From Octopus bimaculoides (Eukaryota), in assembly GCF_001194135.2 (NCBI RefSeq), contig NC_068986.1, forward strand, positions 42,044,512 through 42,108,511: a stretch of DNA of 64,000 nt. Direction: 5' to 3'. A program made the translations under genes and the position numbers. This document shows positions 1 through 12,600 of this stretch, in pieces. The notes beneath the pieces are model-generated. The model did not search any database. It was given only the letters and a program-made list of their open reading frames with translations, and had not been told where the DNA came from. How positions within the stretch are numbered: the first letter of the stretch is position 1; every line of letters starts with the position of its first letter.

Positions 1-584
1 GGAGACAGACGAACGAGTAGGTAACACGTCGGGTAGCCAGCAGGACATTTTAGGCGTAATAAACGAACACCGCTAGGAGAAGTAGGAATAAATAATGTTG
101 TTAGGGTATGGTGTAGGATGTGGGATGTGGGATGTTGGGGTGGCTTAATTTTATAGCCGTGTGTCATGCATATGTGTATGGGCTTGTAAACCTCACAGTT
201 GAGTTGGCGACTAACATATAATTCCTCTTATTGCGGTGAGAGGAACACTGGGGGATGGGGAAGAGCCAATCTTTATATTCATGATGCAATTATAAATATA
301 CACATCAGTTTCCTAGGGTGTATGAGCGCTCTGAGAAAAGGAGCAAAAAATTCATGCTTAAATTTTAAGCAGACGCCTGGACGAAAGGAGATCTTCAATA
401 TCATTTTTTATTCAGCCAACTATAGCCTGCAATTTCTACAACTGCTAGAGTAATTTTGCACTCTTCAAGTATTTTTTTCTTGATGTCGTAATACACGGTG
501 TTGTTTTTTCAATGTCCATACATGTCACGTTAAAGTTGTGATATTACAGCGCTCTTGGATATTCACAAGGCCCACAATTTTGGG

Positions 585-755
585 GGAGGGGGCCAGTCGA
601 TTAGATCGACCCAGGTACGCAATTGGTACTTAATTTATCGATCACGAAAGGATGAAAGTAAAGTCGACCTCGGTGGAATTTAAACTCAGAAAGTAAAGAC
701 AGACGAAATACCGCTAAGCATTTCGCCGATAAGGTTTCTGCCAGCTCGCTGCCTA
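585..755 (-). mobile_element. tRNA-derived SINE fragment
   Basis: Shares the agtcgatta...atcgacc...tacttaatttatcga...gatgaaa...aaagtcga block with 53795-53890; reversed Pol III B-box-like segment. Confidence 0.6.
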
Positions 756-1173
756 TTTCTCTTGGATATTAAACGAGGACGTGGTTGTTAAATCTGATCC
801 TAATTGGGACTTTCGTAACGCCAACATAATTTTGTACGTTCGTAACTCAAATGAAATCCTCCCACACTATCTCCATCTCTTACCTAACAGTGTCTATATT
901 TCATTGACCGTTTAAGGTGCATATGAATTTACCTCTGTATGAGTAGTCTGCTTCTCTTCTAGGTTTGTGGGTACGTGTTCATGTTTTCTTAATGGCAAGT
1001 GTACAGCTAAAACGACCCTCGCCGTTTGTCTCTTAAATAATTTTCTGCATAAATTTGGGGCAAATGCTTATCGACTAAATTGAGGAAGATCCTACATACA
1101 CAAGTTTTGACAATGGCATGAAACCATTTGGTAATTTAGCTTTATCGAGACTATAATATAATATATTAACACA

Positions 1174-1177
<4 letters not shown>

Positions 1178-1260
<83 letters not shown>
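1178..1260. repeat. (TA)n microsatellite, representative of many simple repeats such as (CA)n 3887-3938, (TCTG)n 4708-4810, (TAG)n about 15750-15825, (TTC)n about 28172-28225 and (TAC)n about 29942-29998 and 43713-43786
   Basis: Directly visible; most of the 11 N-gaps abut such repeats. Confidence 0.97.
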
Positions 1261-1263
<3 letters not shown>

Positions 1264-1439
1264 TTTAATGCGTTTCAGCCCAAAGGTTGTGGCAGTGCTG
1301 TGGCACCACCAGTATATCACCTCAACTTCAACTTATACATGCATACATTCAAACACACATACATACATCGTATACGCAAATATATGCATGCAATATATTA
1401 GCACATGCACATACGCATACACAAAAATGCATATATACA

Positions 1440-1479
<40 letters not shown>

Positions 1480-2099
1480 CGGTCATTTTTCAAAGGAATT
1501 CTCAATGGCTGGATAACTGAAGAGATGTTGGCGTGGACCCCCCCACCCTGGCATCCGAAACTCGGACTTTTATCATGGCTACTGNNNNNNNNNNNNNNNN
1601 NNNNNNNNNNNNNNNNNNNNNNNNNNNNNNNNNNNNNNNNNNNNNNNNNNNNNNNNNNNNNNNNNNNNNNNNNNNNNNNNNNNNNNNNNNNNNNNNNNNN
1701 NNNNNNNNNNNNNNNNNNNNNNNNNNNNNNNNNNNNNNNNNNNNNNNNNNNNNNNNNNNNNNNNNNNNNNNNNNNNNNNNNNNNNNNNNNNNNNNNNNNN
1801 NNNNNNNNNNNNNNNNNNNNNNNNNNNNNNNNNNNNNNNNNNNNNNNNNNNNNNNNNNNNNNNNNNNNNNNNNNNNNNNNNNNNNNNNNNNNNNNNNNNN
1901 NNNNNNNNNNNNNNNNNNNNNNNNNNNNNNNNNNNNNNNNNNNNNNNNNNNNNNNNNNNNNNNNNNNNNNNNNNATGAAAAATAACTTTTAGGAACAATA
2001 GTGGTTTATTGAAACGAAAGGTTGTGGATTTTTTCTTATAGAATTATGATAAATTGAAAAAAAGTTCTCTTTATATTTCACGGTAGGAAACCAGAGTTC

Positions 2100-2948
2100 A
2101 TGGGTATGCGAATAAGGATACAAGAGTTAAGGAACGGAGTGGAAAAGATCCGGGCTACATAAGTTTCATATCGAGCGGAATCTCGGAAGTTGTAAATAAA
2201 GCGAAGTGTATACCGTAGGCTACTCTTCGCACCAGGGATATCTTGATTAAATGAAATTTTACATTGTCGCAAGGAGGTACATGTTAACACATGGAAATTT
2301 CAATTAGAATGTGTAGAGAGCACAATAGGAGTGGAAAATATAATGTAGAGAGACATTAGGATTAAAAGAAGGTAAAAGACACAGAGAGAAGTATATAAAT
2401 GACTATAAGGAATTAAAGGAAAAATATATTGTTGGTTTAATATATAGTGATAGTGAGGGTAAATGAGAGGGAAAATTTATGCAGGTTAGGAAAAAACAGC
2501 GGTGAGGGGTTATTGTTATTTGTATTTTGAGAATAGATTTAGTGATCGATGTTTGCAGGTAAAAATTATACTGTTGCGTTAATTAAGACAATCCATGGAT
2601 TGCAAAATTGCTAGACATCGGCTATGCAGATATTACATTTGTTATTATATGGTTTGGCGTGGATGAATATGGACCACTTGAGAGTGTAAAGAGTTGAATC
2701 AATCTTTAGTTTATTGATCAGCTGAGATAACGATGTACTGTTGGATTTTTTCTACACATTCTGATTGAACCTTCCATGTGTTAACATGTACCTCCTTGCG
2801 ACAATGTAAACTTTCATTAAACCAATATATCTTTGGCCTGAAGAGTAGCCTGCGGTATACACCTCGCTTGGATATTTACCACTTCTGAGGTTCCGCTCGC
2901 TTTGAAACACATGTAACCCGGATCATATCTATTCCATTCCTTAACTCT

Positions 2949-2953
<5 letters not shown>
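2100..2953. mobile_element. Probable Penelope-like terminal-repeat remnants in inverted arrangement (about 2100-2295 minus and 2771-2953 plus; third copy about 5030-5180 minus)
   Basis: Three diverged copies of a roughly 190-bp unit (acatgtacctccttgcgacaatgtaa...gaagagtagcc...); the Penelope-like assignment is inference. Confidence 0.55.
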
Positions 2954-2979
<26 letters not shown>

Positions 2980-3289
2980 ATACCGACACACATTTATATA
3001 TACGTATAAATTCACTTATATAGGATGTATCAATTCATGTAAGAAATGTTGAATGCATGTATGTATGCATATTTATGTATATATGTATATCTATTCTGGT
3101 ATGTATGTATATATATACATCTGTATATTAATTTCTTTCTATCTATCTGTTTGTCTGTATGTCTGTCTGTCTGTCTGTCTGTCTGTATGTATGTATGTAT
3201 GTATGTTTGTATTTATATATGTGTGTATGTTCTCTTTCTCTTTTTAAATTTAGAATGCCTTTTGACCGGCCATGTAACAAGGTTGTGAA

Positions 3290-3700
3290 GGAAAGCAACT
3301 CGTTTTGTTCATCATCCTTTAAATCCTAAGAAAGTCTTGAAGATTTTTATAGTCTCAGATATCGTAATCATTTGAAGTTTATGAATTAAGGATTTGCGTT
3401 CTCTTCCCATGGATCCAAATTCAGCCATGCTTGCTCCAATAACAATAGGTATGAAGCTGAAAGTGTATCTTGGGCGCTGGGTTTGCAAACTCCTTATCAA
3501 TGGTCTTTAGATGTATTCTTTCTCTTGTACTTTTCTAACTACATTGGTGTCCAGGAGACTATTTGATTTCCATAATAGAACATATCTTTTCTTTATTGTC
3601 CCACAACAAAATCTGGCAGGTTGTGACTGGAAAATATTTATCCTTAAAAGCTAAGTATTTTTTAGAAATGTTAGACTTTATGGAAAAAGAAGCTGCAGAC
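3290..3700 (-). mobile_element. RLE-type (R4/Dong-like) non-LTR retrotransposon 3' fragment
   Basis: Minus strand reads LLWDNKEKICSIMEIK...LIRSLQ...YTFSFIPIVIGA...TIKIFKTFLGF, a restriction-like endonuclease C-terminus. Confidence 0.7.
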
Positions 3701-3885
3701 TAGTTGATAGTGTAGCGTCTCTTAGAATGAAATGGATATATGTGAGCTTATCTTTGAATCCACTGGCTGTTAATACCTTATTATATCATACTTTAAACTT
3801 GTATCAGTTTGTATATGTACGTAAATGTACAGGAATATGTACACTCGTTTGTATCGCAGTCTGAGATATTTGTTTGTAAATGTGT

Positions 3886-3938
<53 letters not shown>

Positions 3939-4708
3939 NNNNNNNNNNNNNNNNNNNNNNNNNNNNNNNNNNNNNNNNNNNNNNNNNNNNNNNNNNNNNN
4001 NNNNNNNNNNNNNNNNNNNNNNNNNNNNNNNNNNNNNNNNNNNNNNNNNNNNNNNNNNNNNNNNNNNNNNNNNNNNNNNNNNNNNNNNNNNNNNNNNNNN
4101 NNNNNNNNNNNNNNNNNNNNNNNNNNNNNNNNNNNNNNNNNNNNNNNNNNNNNNNNNNNNNNNNNNNNNNNNNNNNNNNNNNNNNNNNNNNNNNNNNNNN
4201 NNNNNNNNNNNNNNNNNNNNNNNNNNNNNNNNNNNNNNNNNNNNNNNNNNNNNNNNNNNNNNNNNNNNNNNNNNNNNNNNNNNNNNNNNNNNNNNNNNNN
4301 NNNNNNNNNNNNNNNNNNNNNNNNNNNNNNNNNNNNNNNNNNNNNNNNNNNNNNNNNNNNNNNNNNNNNNNNNNNNNNNNNNNNNNNNNNNNNNNNNNNN
4401 NNNNNNNNNNNNNNNNNNNNNNNNNNNNNNNNNNNNNNNNNNNNNNNNNNNNNNNNNNNNNNNNNNNNNNNNNNNNNNNNNNNNNNNNNNNNNNNNNNNN
4501 NNNNNNNNNNNNNNNNNNNNNNNNNNNNNNNNNNNNNNNNNNNNNNNNNNNNNNNNNNNNNNNNNNNNNNNNNNNNNNNNNNNNNNNNNNNNNNNNNNNN
4601 NNNNNNNNNNNNNNNNNNNNNNNNNNNNNNNNNNNNNNNNNNNNNNNNNNNNNNNNNNNNNNNNNNNNNNNNNNNNNNNNNNNNNNNNNNNNNNNNNNNN
4701 NNNNNNNC

Positions 4709-4809
<101 letters not shown>

Positions 4810-5339
4810 GCATGCATGTATGTATGTATGTATGCATGTAAATGTACGATTCAGGAATCGAGGCGTAGGAAGGAAGTTTGCTTCGAGCAATCCGTAGTAA
4901 ATATATAAAACGACTTAATGGTTTATTGAGACGGAAGGATGCGGATTGCTTTTCTTTATCGAAGAACGAGGAGCAGAAAAAATTACTTTTTATATTCCAC
5001 GCTAGGCGACCAGGAGTGTGCGAAAAAGAATACAAGAGTTACGGGATAGAGTAGGAAAAATCCGGGTTACATATGTCTCATAGCGAGTGGTAAAATTCAA
5101 GTGAGGTGTATATCGCCCACTACTCTTCAGGCAAAGGATATCTTGATTGGATTAGAGGTTATATTGTCGCAAGTAAGTACATGGTGACACAGTATGGAAG
5201 GCACAGTATGAGAGGAATATATAAGTGTTGGGATAAATAAGTATTCTCCACGAATTCTGATTGAATCTTCTTTGCGTGAATATGTACCGCCTTGTGACAA
5301 TGTAACCTTTCATTCTTTTACTGGTTTCAGCCAGTCGCT

Positions 5340-5993
5340 GAGGCTTTGGTGGAACACCACTTTTCAGTGTTTTGGGGGTCTCCTTTCGATACTGTTTTTG
5401 GTGAAGAAACGAGCTCGTTGAACTTACTCTTCTTTGTGCCTACTGCCGCAATGTGATTTCATTTGGGATTTCTGATAGAAATCTCATCTATACCTTGCAG
5501 ATCTCTTAGTTTCCTTGGCAGGATGATAAACAGTTGTGGTACCCTGAAACCCAAGCTGTTTCAATACTGGGTGCTTATCTGAAATGAAGAAGACAGTATC
5601 ATTGGTGGTTAGTGCAGCTTTTAATTCCAAAATTGGGAGCAAGACATTCCAGGATCTTCCGTATATATGTCACTGCGTACCTTTCTCGACTCTCCAGGGA
5701 GTAGAGCTTCAGTTCTTGTAGCCTCTCCCGGTAGCTCATCTGTTTCAACAAGTCCACCTTCTGAGTGTAGTGACGCTGGATTGCCTCAAGTTCCGCTACC
5801 AATTTGACGCTCTGCAGCGACCACAACTAGGAGCAGTAATCCAGACGACTGAGGACAAATGTCCTCCATAGGTGTAGCAAGGTATCCTTATTTCTGGTTC
5901 TGAATGATCCATCCAGCTACTCGCCTGCGCAGTGTTGCCATCCTGGAAATATGCTCATAGAATGTGACATCACTATTTATGTGGATTCCCAGA
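5340..5993 (-). mobile_element. 5'-truncated CR1/L2-like LINE 3' end
   Basis: LGIHINSDVTF...LSRLDYCSQLWS...LEAIQRHYT...MSYRERLQELKLYSLE, with stops and frameshifts. Confidence 0.8.
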
Positions 5994-6051
5994 ATCGGTA
6001 CGTGATCTGGGAATCCACGTACACACACACACACACACACACATATGCTCG

Positions 6052-6114
<63 letters not shown>

Positions 6115-6799
6115 NNNNNNNNNNNNNNNNNNNNNNNNNNNNNNNNNNNNNNNNNNNNNNNNNNNNNNNNNNNNNNNNNNNNNNNNNNNNNNNNNNNNNN
6201 NNNNNNNNNNNNNNNNNNNNNNNNNNNNNNNNNNNNNNNNNNNNNNNNNNNNNNNNNNNNNNNNNNNNNNNNNNNNNNNNNNNNNNNNNNNNNNNNNNNN
6301 NNNNNNNNNNNNNNNNNNNNNNNNNNNNNNNNNNNNNNNNNNNNNNNNNNNNNNNNNNNNNNNNNNNNNNNNNNNNNNNNNNNNNNNNNNNNNNNNNNNN
6401 NNNNNNNNNNNNNNNNNNNNNNNNNNNNNNNNNNNNNNNNNNNNNNNNNNNNNNNNNNNNNNNNNNNNNNNNNNNNNNNNNNNNNNNNNNNNNNNNNNNN
6501 NNNNNNNNNNNNNNNNNNNNNNNNNNNNNNNNNNNNNNNNNNNNNNNNNNNNNNNNNNNNNNNNNNNNNNNNNNNNNNNNNNNNNNNNNNNNNNNNNNNN
6601 NNNNNNNNNNNNNNNNNNNNNNNNNNNNNNNNNNNNNNNNNNNNNNNNNNNNNNNNNNNNNNNNNNNNNNNNNNNNNNNNNNNNNNNNNNNNNNNNNNNN
6701 NNNNNNNNNNNNNNNNNNNNNNNNNNNNNNNNNNNNNNNNNNNNNNNNNNNNNNNNNNNNNNNNNNNNNNNNNNNNNNNNNNNNNNNNNNNNNNNNNNN

Positions 6800-7500
6800 T
6801 ATATACGCACTAACCTGCTCTGGGTGTCAAGAGCAATACATAGGCCAAACAAAATACAGTCTAAACCAAAGGATGGCTCTGCACAGATCCCAGATCAAAA
6901 CAGAAAAATAGCATTCAGCCAACACATCAACATTTGCACCAATAACAAAAATCCAGGCTTCAGAATTTTTTCCCTCTATCAATTCAGGGACGATGCCACC
7001 TGTAGCCAACGAATTAGTAAAGAGTCGTTCTTAATCACAAAATACAGACCCCTTTGAACGCATCTACAACAAAAGACATATCCACCACGACCTTAGAATA
7101 ACACACACGCAAATATTAAAAATGATACATTCAAAAGAGATATACAAGAATTCATTAAAAACAGTCCCAACCACTACTATAATCCACAACGAGCCGCTTT
7201 TAAGTCACTTGACCTATTGCTATCATACCACTCCCGCATTCTTTTATTATTCTTTCTCTACTTTTCCTTTTCTTTCTTTTTCTTCTTCGTCTTCTTCTTC
7301 ATCTCCGCCACCCCCTTCCTTACTTTACTACTACTGCTGTTTAGAATAACACCTACGTAAATATTAAACACAATACATTCAAAAGAGATATATCAAGAAT
7401 TCAATCACTACTACCATCCACAACGAGTCACTTTCGTGGCACTTGACCATTTAACATCCTACTACTATCATACCAGTCCCACATTTTCTTCTTCTTCTTC
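6800..7500 (+). mobile_element. Penelope-like element 3' end: GIY-YIG endonuclease remnant plus partially duplicated terminal repeat
   Basis: IYALTCSGCQEQYIGQTKYSLNQRMALHRSQI, frameshift, then SQHINIC...RISKESFLITKYRPL; degenerate tandem block at about 7095-7330 versus 7345-7500. Confidence 0.8.
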
Positions 7501-8915
7501 TCCTCTGCCAAGAATTCACAAAGACCTCGAAACCACAAGAGTAAACAAGGGAGACAGAGACAGGCAGAAACAAGGGAAAGGCCCCTTGTATTTGAATACT
7601 ATGCAAATATTCTATTAAAAAAACTTTTCATTTAATTTTTCAAAAATTTAATTGTTTTCCATACTTAGAGTTGAAAAAGTCTCAATGACTGAAACCGCTA
7701 CTAAAATGTTTTTTATGATAAAATTATTTTAGCATTTTCTACCTTTACTTTTTTCATGATATATATATATATATAGTGTAGTATATTGCCACTTAAGTGT
7801 GGCTGACCCCTAGGGGTGGATGTTACTGTTGCTTNNNNNNNNNNNNNNNNNNNNNNNNNNNNNNNNNNNNNNNNNNNNNNNNNNNNNNNNNNNNNNNNNN
7901 NNNNNNNNNNNNNNNNNNNNNNNNNNNNNNNNNNNNNNNNNNNNNNNNNNNNNNNNNNNNNNNNNNNNNNNNNNNNNNNNNNNNNNNNNNNNNNNNNNNN
8001 NNNNNNNNNNNNNNNNNNNNNNNNNNNNNNNNNNNNNNNNNNNNNNNNNNNNNNNNNNNNNNNNNNNNNNNNNNNNNNNNNNNNNNNNNNNNNNNNNNNN
8101 NNNNNNNNNNNNNNNNNNNNNNNNNNNNNNNNNNNNNNNNNNNNNNNNNNNNNNNNNNNNNNNNNNNNNNNNNNNNNNNNNNNNNNNNNNNNNNNNNNNN
8201 NNNNNNNNNNNNNNNNNNNNNNNNNNNNNNNNNNNNNNNNNNNNNNNNNNNNNNNNNNNNNNNNNNNNNNNNNNNNNNNNNNNNNNNNNNNNNNNNNNNN
8301 NNNNNNNNNNNNNNNNNNNNNNNNNNNNNNNNNNNNNNNNNNNNNNNNNNNNNNNNNNNNNNNNNNNNNNNNNNNNNNNNNNNNNNNNNNNNNNNNNNNN
8401 NNNNNNNNNNNNNNNNNNNNNNNNNNNNNNNNNNNNNNNNNNNNNNNNNNNNNNNNNNNNNNNNNNNNNNNNNNNNNNNNNNNNNNNNNNNNNNNNNNNN
8501 NNNNNNNNNNNNNNNNNNNNNNNNNNNNNNNNNNNNNNNNNNNNNNNNNNNNNCATTAATTTTAGTGGTGGTCGACAAGTCATACTGAAAAAAACAAGTG
8601 TGAAATGACAATAATAATAAAAAAAAAATGGGAATTTGGTTTACAGTTTTTCTGATTCTCTTCTAATAGACGCTTTCGCTTGTAGTGGTATGTTTTGGGA
8701 TCAGATGAATTTATAATTTTTTTCCGCTAGCGGATATGATTTTTGATTCGTTAAGATTCTGGTGACGTTTTTTTTTTTTTTACGTGGTCTAGCTTGTCGT
8801 TCTGCTTGGTTGGTTGAGATTGTTACTAAAGTTTTCAGAAAATTTTTTGTTGTTGTTCCTGGTTGTTTCTTTCTTTTAGTCTTTTTCCTTTTCTTTTTAC
8901 TGCTTTTTTTTCTTT

Positions 8916-9115
8916 CTATAGGATATTCAGCTGTGGTTTATATTTTTTAATCAGTATGTTTTCCTTATTTAAACGGAATTGGGTTGCAGTTTCCAGTGCA
9001 TTGATAGAGAGGGAAGATTTCGTATTAGGGTTTATGTCTACGGGGCATTGGTCTAGGTGCTTGCTTACGGGAATTTTCCTAGTGGTGGGGTCCTGGATTT
9101 GTTGCCTTGGAGACC
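8916..9115 (-). mobile_element. Penelope-like GIY-YIG C-terminal remnant
   Basis: RQQIQDPTTRKIPVSKHLDQC...FRLNKENILIKKYKPQLN. Confidence 0.7.
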
Positions 9116-9282
9116 TGCTGCGGATGATGGGTACGGACCGACTCGATAGCTGCGAATCGTTACGGATCCGGATTTTCCAGGGCCGGCGAGAGCGCACTGG
9201 ACGCCGCCCGAGACGCGGCGCTCTACAGGCACCATATCCGTATCTCCGGACTAGCCGATTCCACGGACGCGGTCCTTTACGA

Positions 9283-9329
<47 letters not shown>

Positions 9330-9649
9330 AGGTTGAGTAAAGAGTAAGCAACATTTTGAACCATGAAGAATTTGTACCGGATTTTTGCAGTTTTGAATTT
9401 TTTTAAAACATCTTTCTGCAATACAGACATAGACTTGCCCAAATGCATCGATAAATTAGCATTGATACTTTTTTCACCGTTGTTCCAATCATCTCTAAAT
9501 GAGTTGATCGTGAATTTTGTTTGTGAGAAAGGTTAGTCAAAGTTGTATTTGTTATTAATTGTTGTGTCTTGAGACACTTGTTTTTACTACCTTGCAGCAG
9601 TTTTGTTAACGCTGTTCTCCTTGTTTGAAGTGGGGAAGCGCTGTTAAAA

Positions 9650-12600
9650 TGGAGAGAATTAACTACTAAGACATGTCATCGTCTGAGGAAGAGCTAGTGA
9701 ACTGTCTGGACGAAATAGATAGAGAGACGGAAAGGAGGAGTTTCGCAGAGGCGGTGAGACGGTGCACTGTTGAATTATTATGTTGAATTATTATGTTGTT
9801 GAAATTTTGTTGAGTGTTTTTTGAGCACATATTTTTCTGTTTGTGCAGTCCTTGTTTAACGTTTTCCCCCTTGTGTGACAAGGGAAAATATTGTTGTATT
9901 TTGCAAAAGTAAAAAATAATAAAAATAAATAAAAAGGACAAATCACCTATTAAAACCAAGACCAGTAGTGAACCTGGTACAAGTGAATGGGAAGATATCA
10001 GAAGCGGAGAAGGTAGCACAGTCTTAAATGGCATGCCGACAGGAGAAGAATTTATTCAAAGAAGAAACGCTAGCAATTTTGCTGGAGCGGCCGGTGTCTC
10101 AAAACAGATAATAAATTGTGGTAGCGATGAGCTCGGAAAATACAAAGGTATGATGAATAGGGAGGGGAATGAAACAGTGATTACCCCTCCCAGTGAAACG
10201 ACGCATAATGCACTGCTGTGCACCGTGATATACAAATCATTTGTGACCAAAGCAAAATAAAAAATAAAAATATAAAACTGGATGACGCAAGTAAAGAGGC
10301 GGTGGAGCTGTGCCTGCGTCCAGTTTGGAACAACGTGGAATATGTCACAAGAGGAATGAAGTATGTCACAATAGAAGTCCGTTCCAAAACCGAAGAAAAG
10401 TCAAAACAAGTGTCGACGATACCATTAAAAACGGTGGAGGTGGTACTCCTACCTACTTATCTTGGAAGACAGACTTGCAAGATTAAGGTAGGAGGCATCC
10501 CACTCAAAGTAGACCCTGCTTCGCTGGTGGGGGCCATAATAAATGGCTTGGAGGATAAGATCACAATTCTCCAAGCCTCAGTGCTGAGACTTCAGAATTG
10601 GCAGGGGCAAAGCCCCGAAATGATCATACAGGCTGCTCCGGCTGATTTAGAAAATATCATAGAAACTGCAAGTCACGGTAGAGGGGAGGAAGCCTCGTTG
10701 CTACAAGTGTAGTCAAAAAGGCCACATTAGGACCGAGTGCCAACCTCATCCCGAAAAAGCAGGGATTCTTCCACATGTAGAAAAACAAACAGAAGCTGCA
10801 GGTGAAACGCATGAAGAAACTTCTGAAAATGAAACAGAGGAAGAGGAGATGGAGGAAGCCCAACGAGAAAGGTGGGAGATTTTCTCCAGAAAAAAAAGAG
10901 AGGAAAAGACCCTCCCCATCCAACCCTACTAGCCCTGCAAAAAAACAATAACAAACAGAACACAACCACAAGAAATCCAAGCCTAAAATGTTCTCCACAT
11001 ATCTAGACATGGATTACACTGCAGTAGTGACGACTAAGAAGTCACTACTGCAGCATTTAAAAGACATGCCCAATGCGGCCAACATAACCAATGACTACGA
11101 GGAGAAAAAATCCCCAAATACATTACAATTTATAAAATAGACAGAGCCAATTATAACATACTGTCAAATCGATTTAAAAACATGGGTCTTCTGAGGAAAG
11201 ATTTTTCCCCACTAATGTTTGAGTGCCCATTCAACGATACCTATCAAACCGGACGAAAAAAAAATTGAATGAGATGGACGTACTACCCCATCTTAAACTG
11301 TAAGTATAACCATTATGGATATTCTTAATGTAGGGTGTTTGAATGTACGCGGCCTAGGGTCAGAGTGGAAGCAAGGTTGTTTCCATAATGACCTCAGGTT
11401 GCATAGAATGGATATTATAGTTGCCACAGAGTCCAAACTGAGTAGTCAAAGAGACTTCCCACCTCTTTGACTAAATGGCTACGAGAAAATTATTTCTCCA
11501 TGCCTACCTGGAGGAGAGAGAGGCTCAGGAAAAACCTGGATTTAGAGACAAAAACTATCTTTTATCGACCCGGAAGGTAGGTTCGTCGTTCTTGATGTGA
11601 CACTAATTAGCGGTAAGGTCTTCAGGCTGGTACCTGTCTATGCTCCCTCGGGAACTGAACAGTCTGATTTCTTTTACTCACGCCATAGTAATGGTAGGTG
11701 ACTTTTACGTAATCTGCGATGCACGCGTAAATTACTTTAGTTCATTTTCTGATAGGAGGGGAAACCCGTGCTTCAGTAATCTGCTCAGTCGATTTCAGCT
11801 GACAGATAGGTACAGACTAGATGTCCCAGACGCTCCATTGTGGACATAAACTAAGAGTGAGGGGTCATCTAGATCTTATTTAGACAGTATTCTAATTAAG
11901 GAAATAGACAAAAACCTAGTTAGTCATTCACAATTTCACTGTCAGCTACAGTGATCACAAATTTGTAACCCGTAGTCAGGACTTAGATAAGTTACGTAGA
12001 CAGGGATCCGGCTACTGGAAACTCAACAAGACACTTTTGGCTCATGAGGAGTATAGGAGTCAGATTAAACAGTTAGTGATGAGGGCATTGTGTGGTGCAT
12101 TTATTAACAACAAATGGTGGTATGCCCTCAAAAGAACCATAAAACTTTAGTCTATTAGGCATAGCAAAGAGTTAGTGGCTAAGAAAAATAGAGTAGAGAG
12201 GGCTTTAGTTAGGACCCTAGACGAAGCACTGGAATCTGGCTCCGCGCCCCGAGTTTTAGCTGCGAGAATTGCACTTAACCATCATCCCGAGGCTAAACAC
12301 GAAGGATGCGTGAGTCAGGGCTAAGCAACGTGCAATGGAACAGGAAGAAATCAAAGCCACGGGATGGGCCCGTGTGTTAGAGATCCAACGTGGAAATAAT
12401 GACACTATAAGGTCTTTGATGAATAATCAAATGAACTTGGTAAACGAACCTGAGATGTGTAAGGTCTTTCAGGAGCATTTCGCCCTCCTTTTTGGGAGGA
12501 GCAGCGGTCCGGAATGTCGGAGGGACCTCACGGACTTCCTCGCTGGCGTGCCGCGTCTCACGGGGCGGGAAGCAGAGTGCTGTGAGGGGCTGATCACAGC

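Noticed and set aside
3666-3741. Candidate upstream exon ending ...MKWIY|gtgagc
   Set aside because: No resemblance to the myosin N-terminal L..RY....IY helix, and it overlaps or abuts a minus-strand RLE retroelement remnant.
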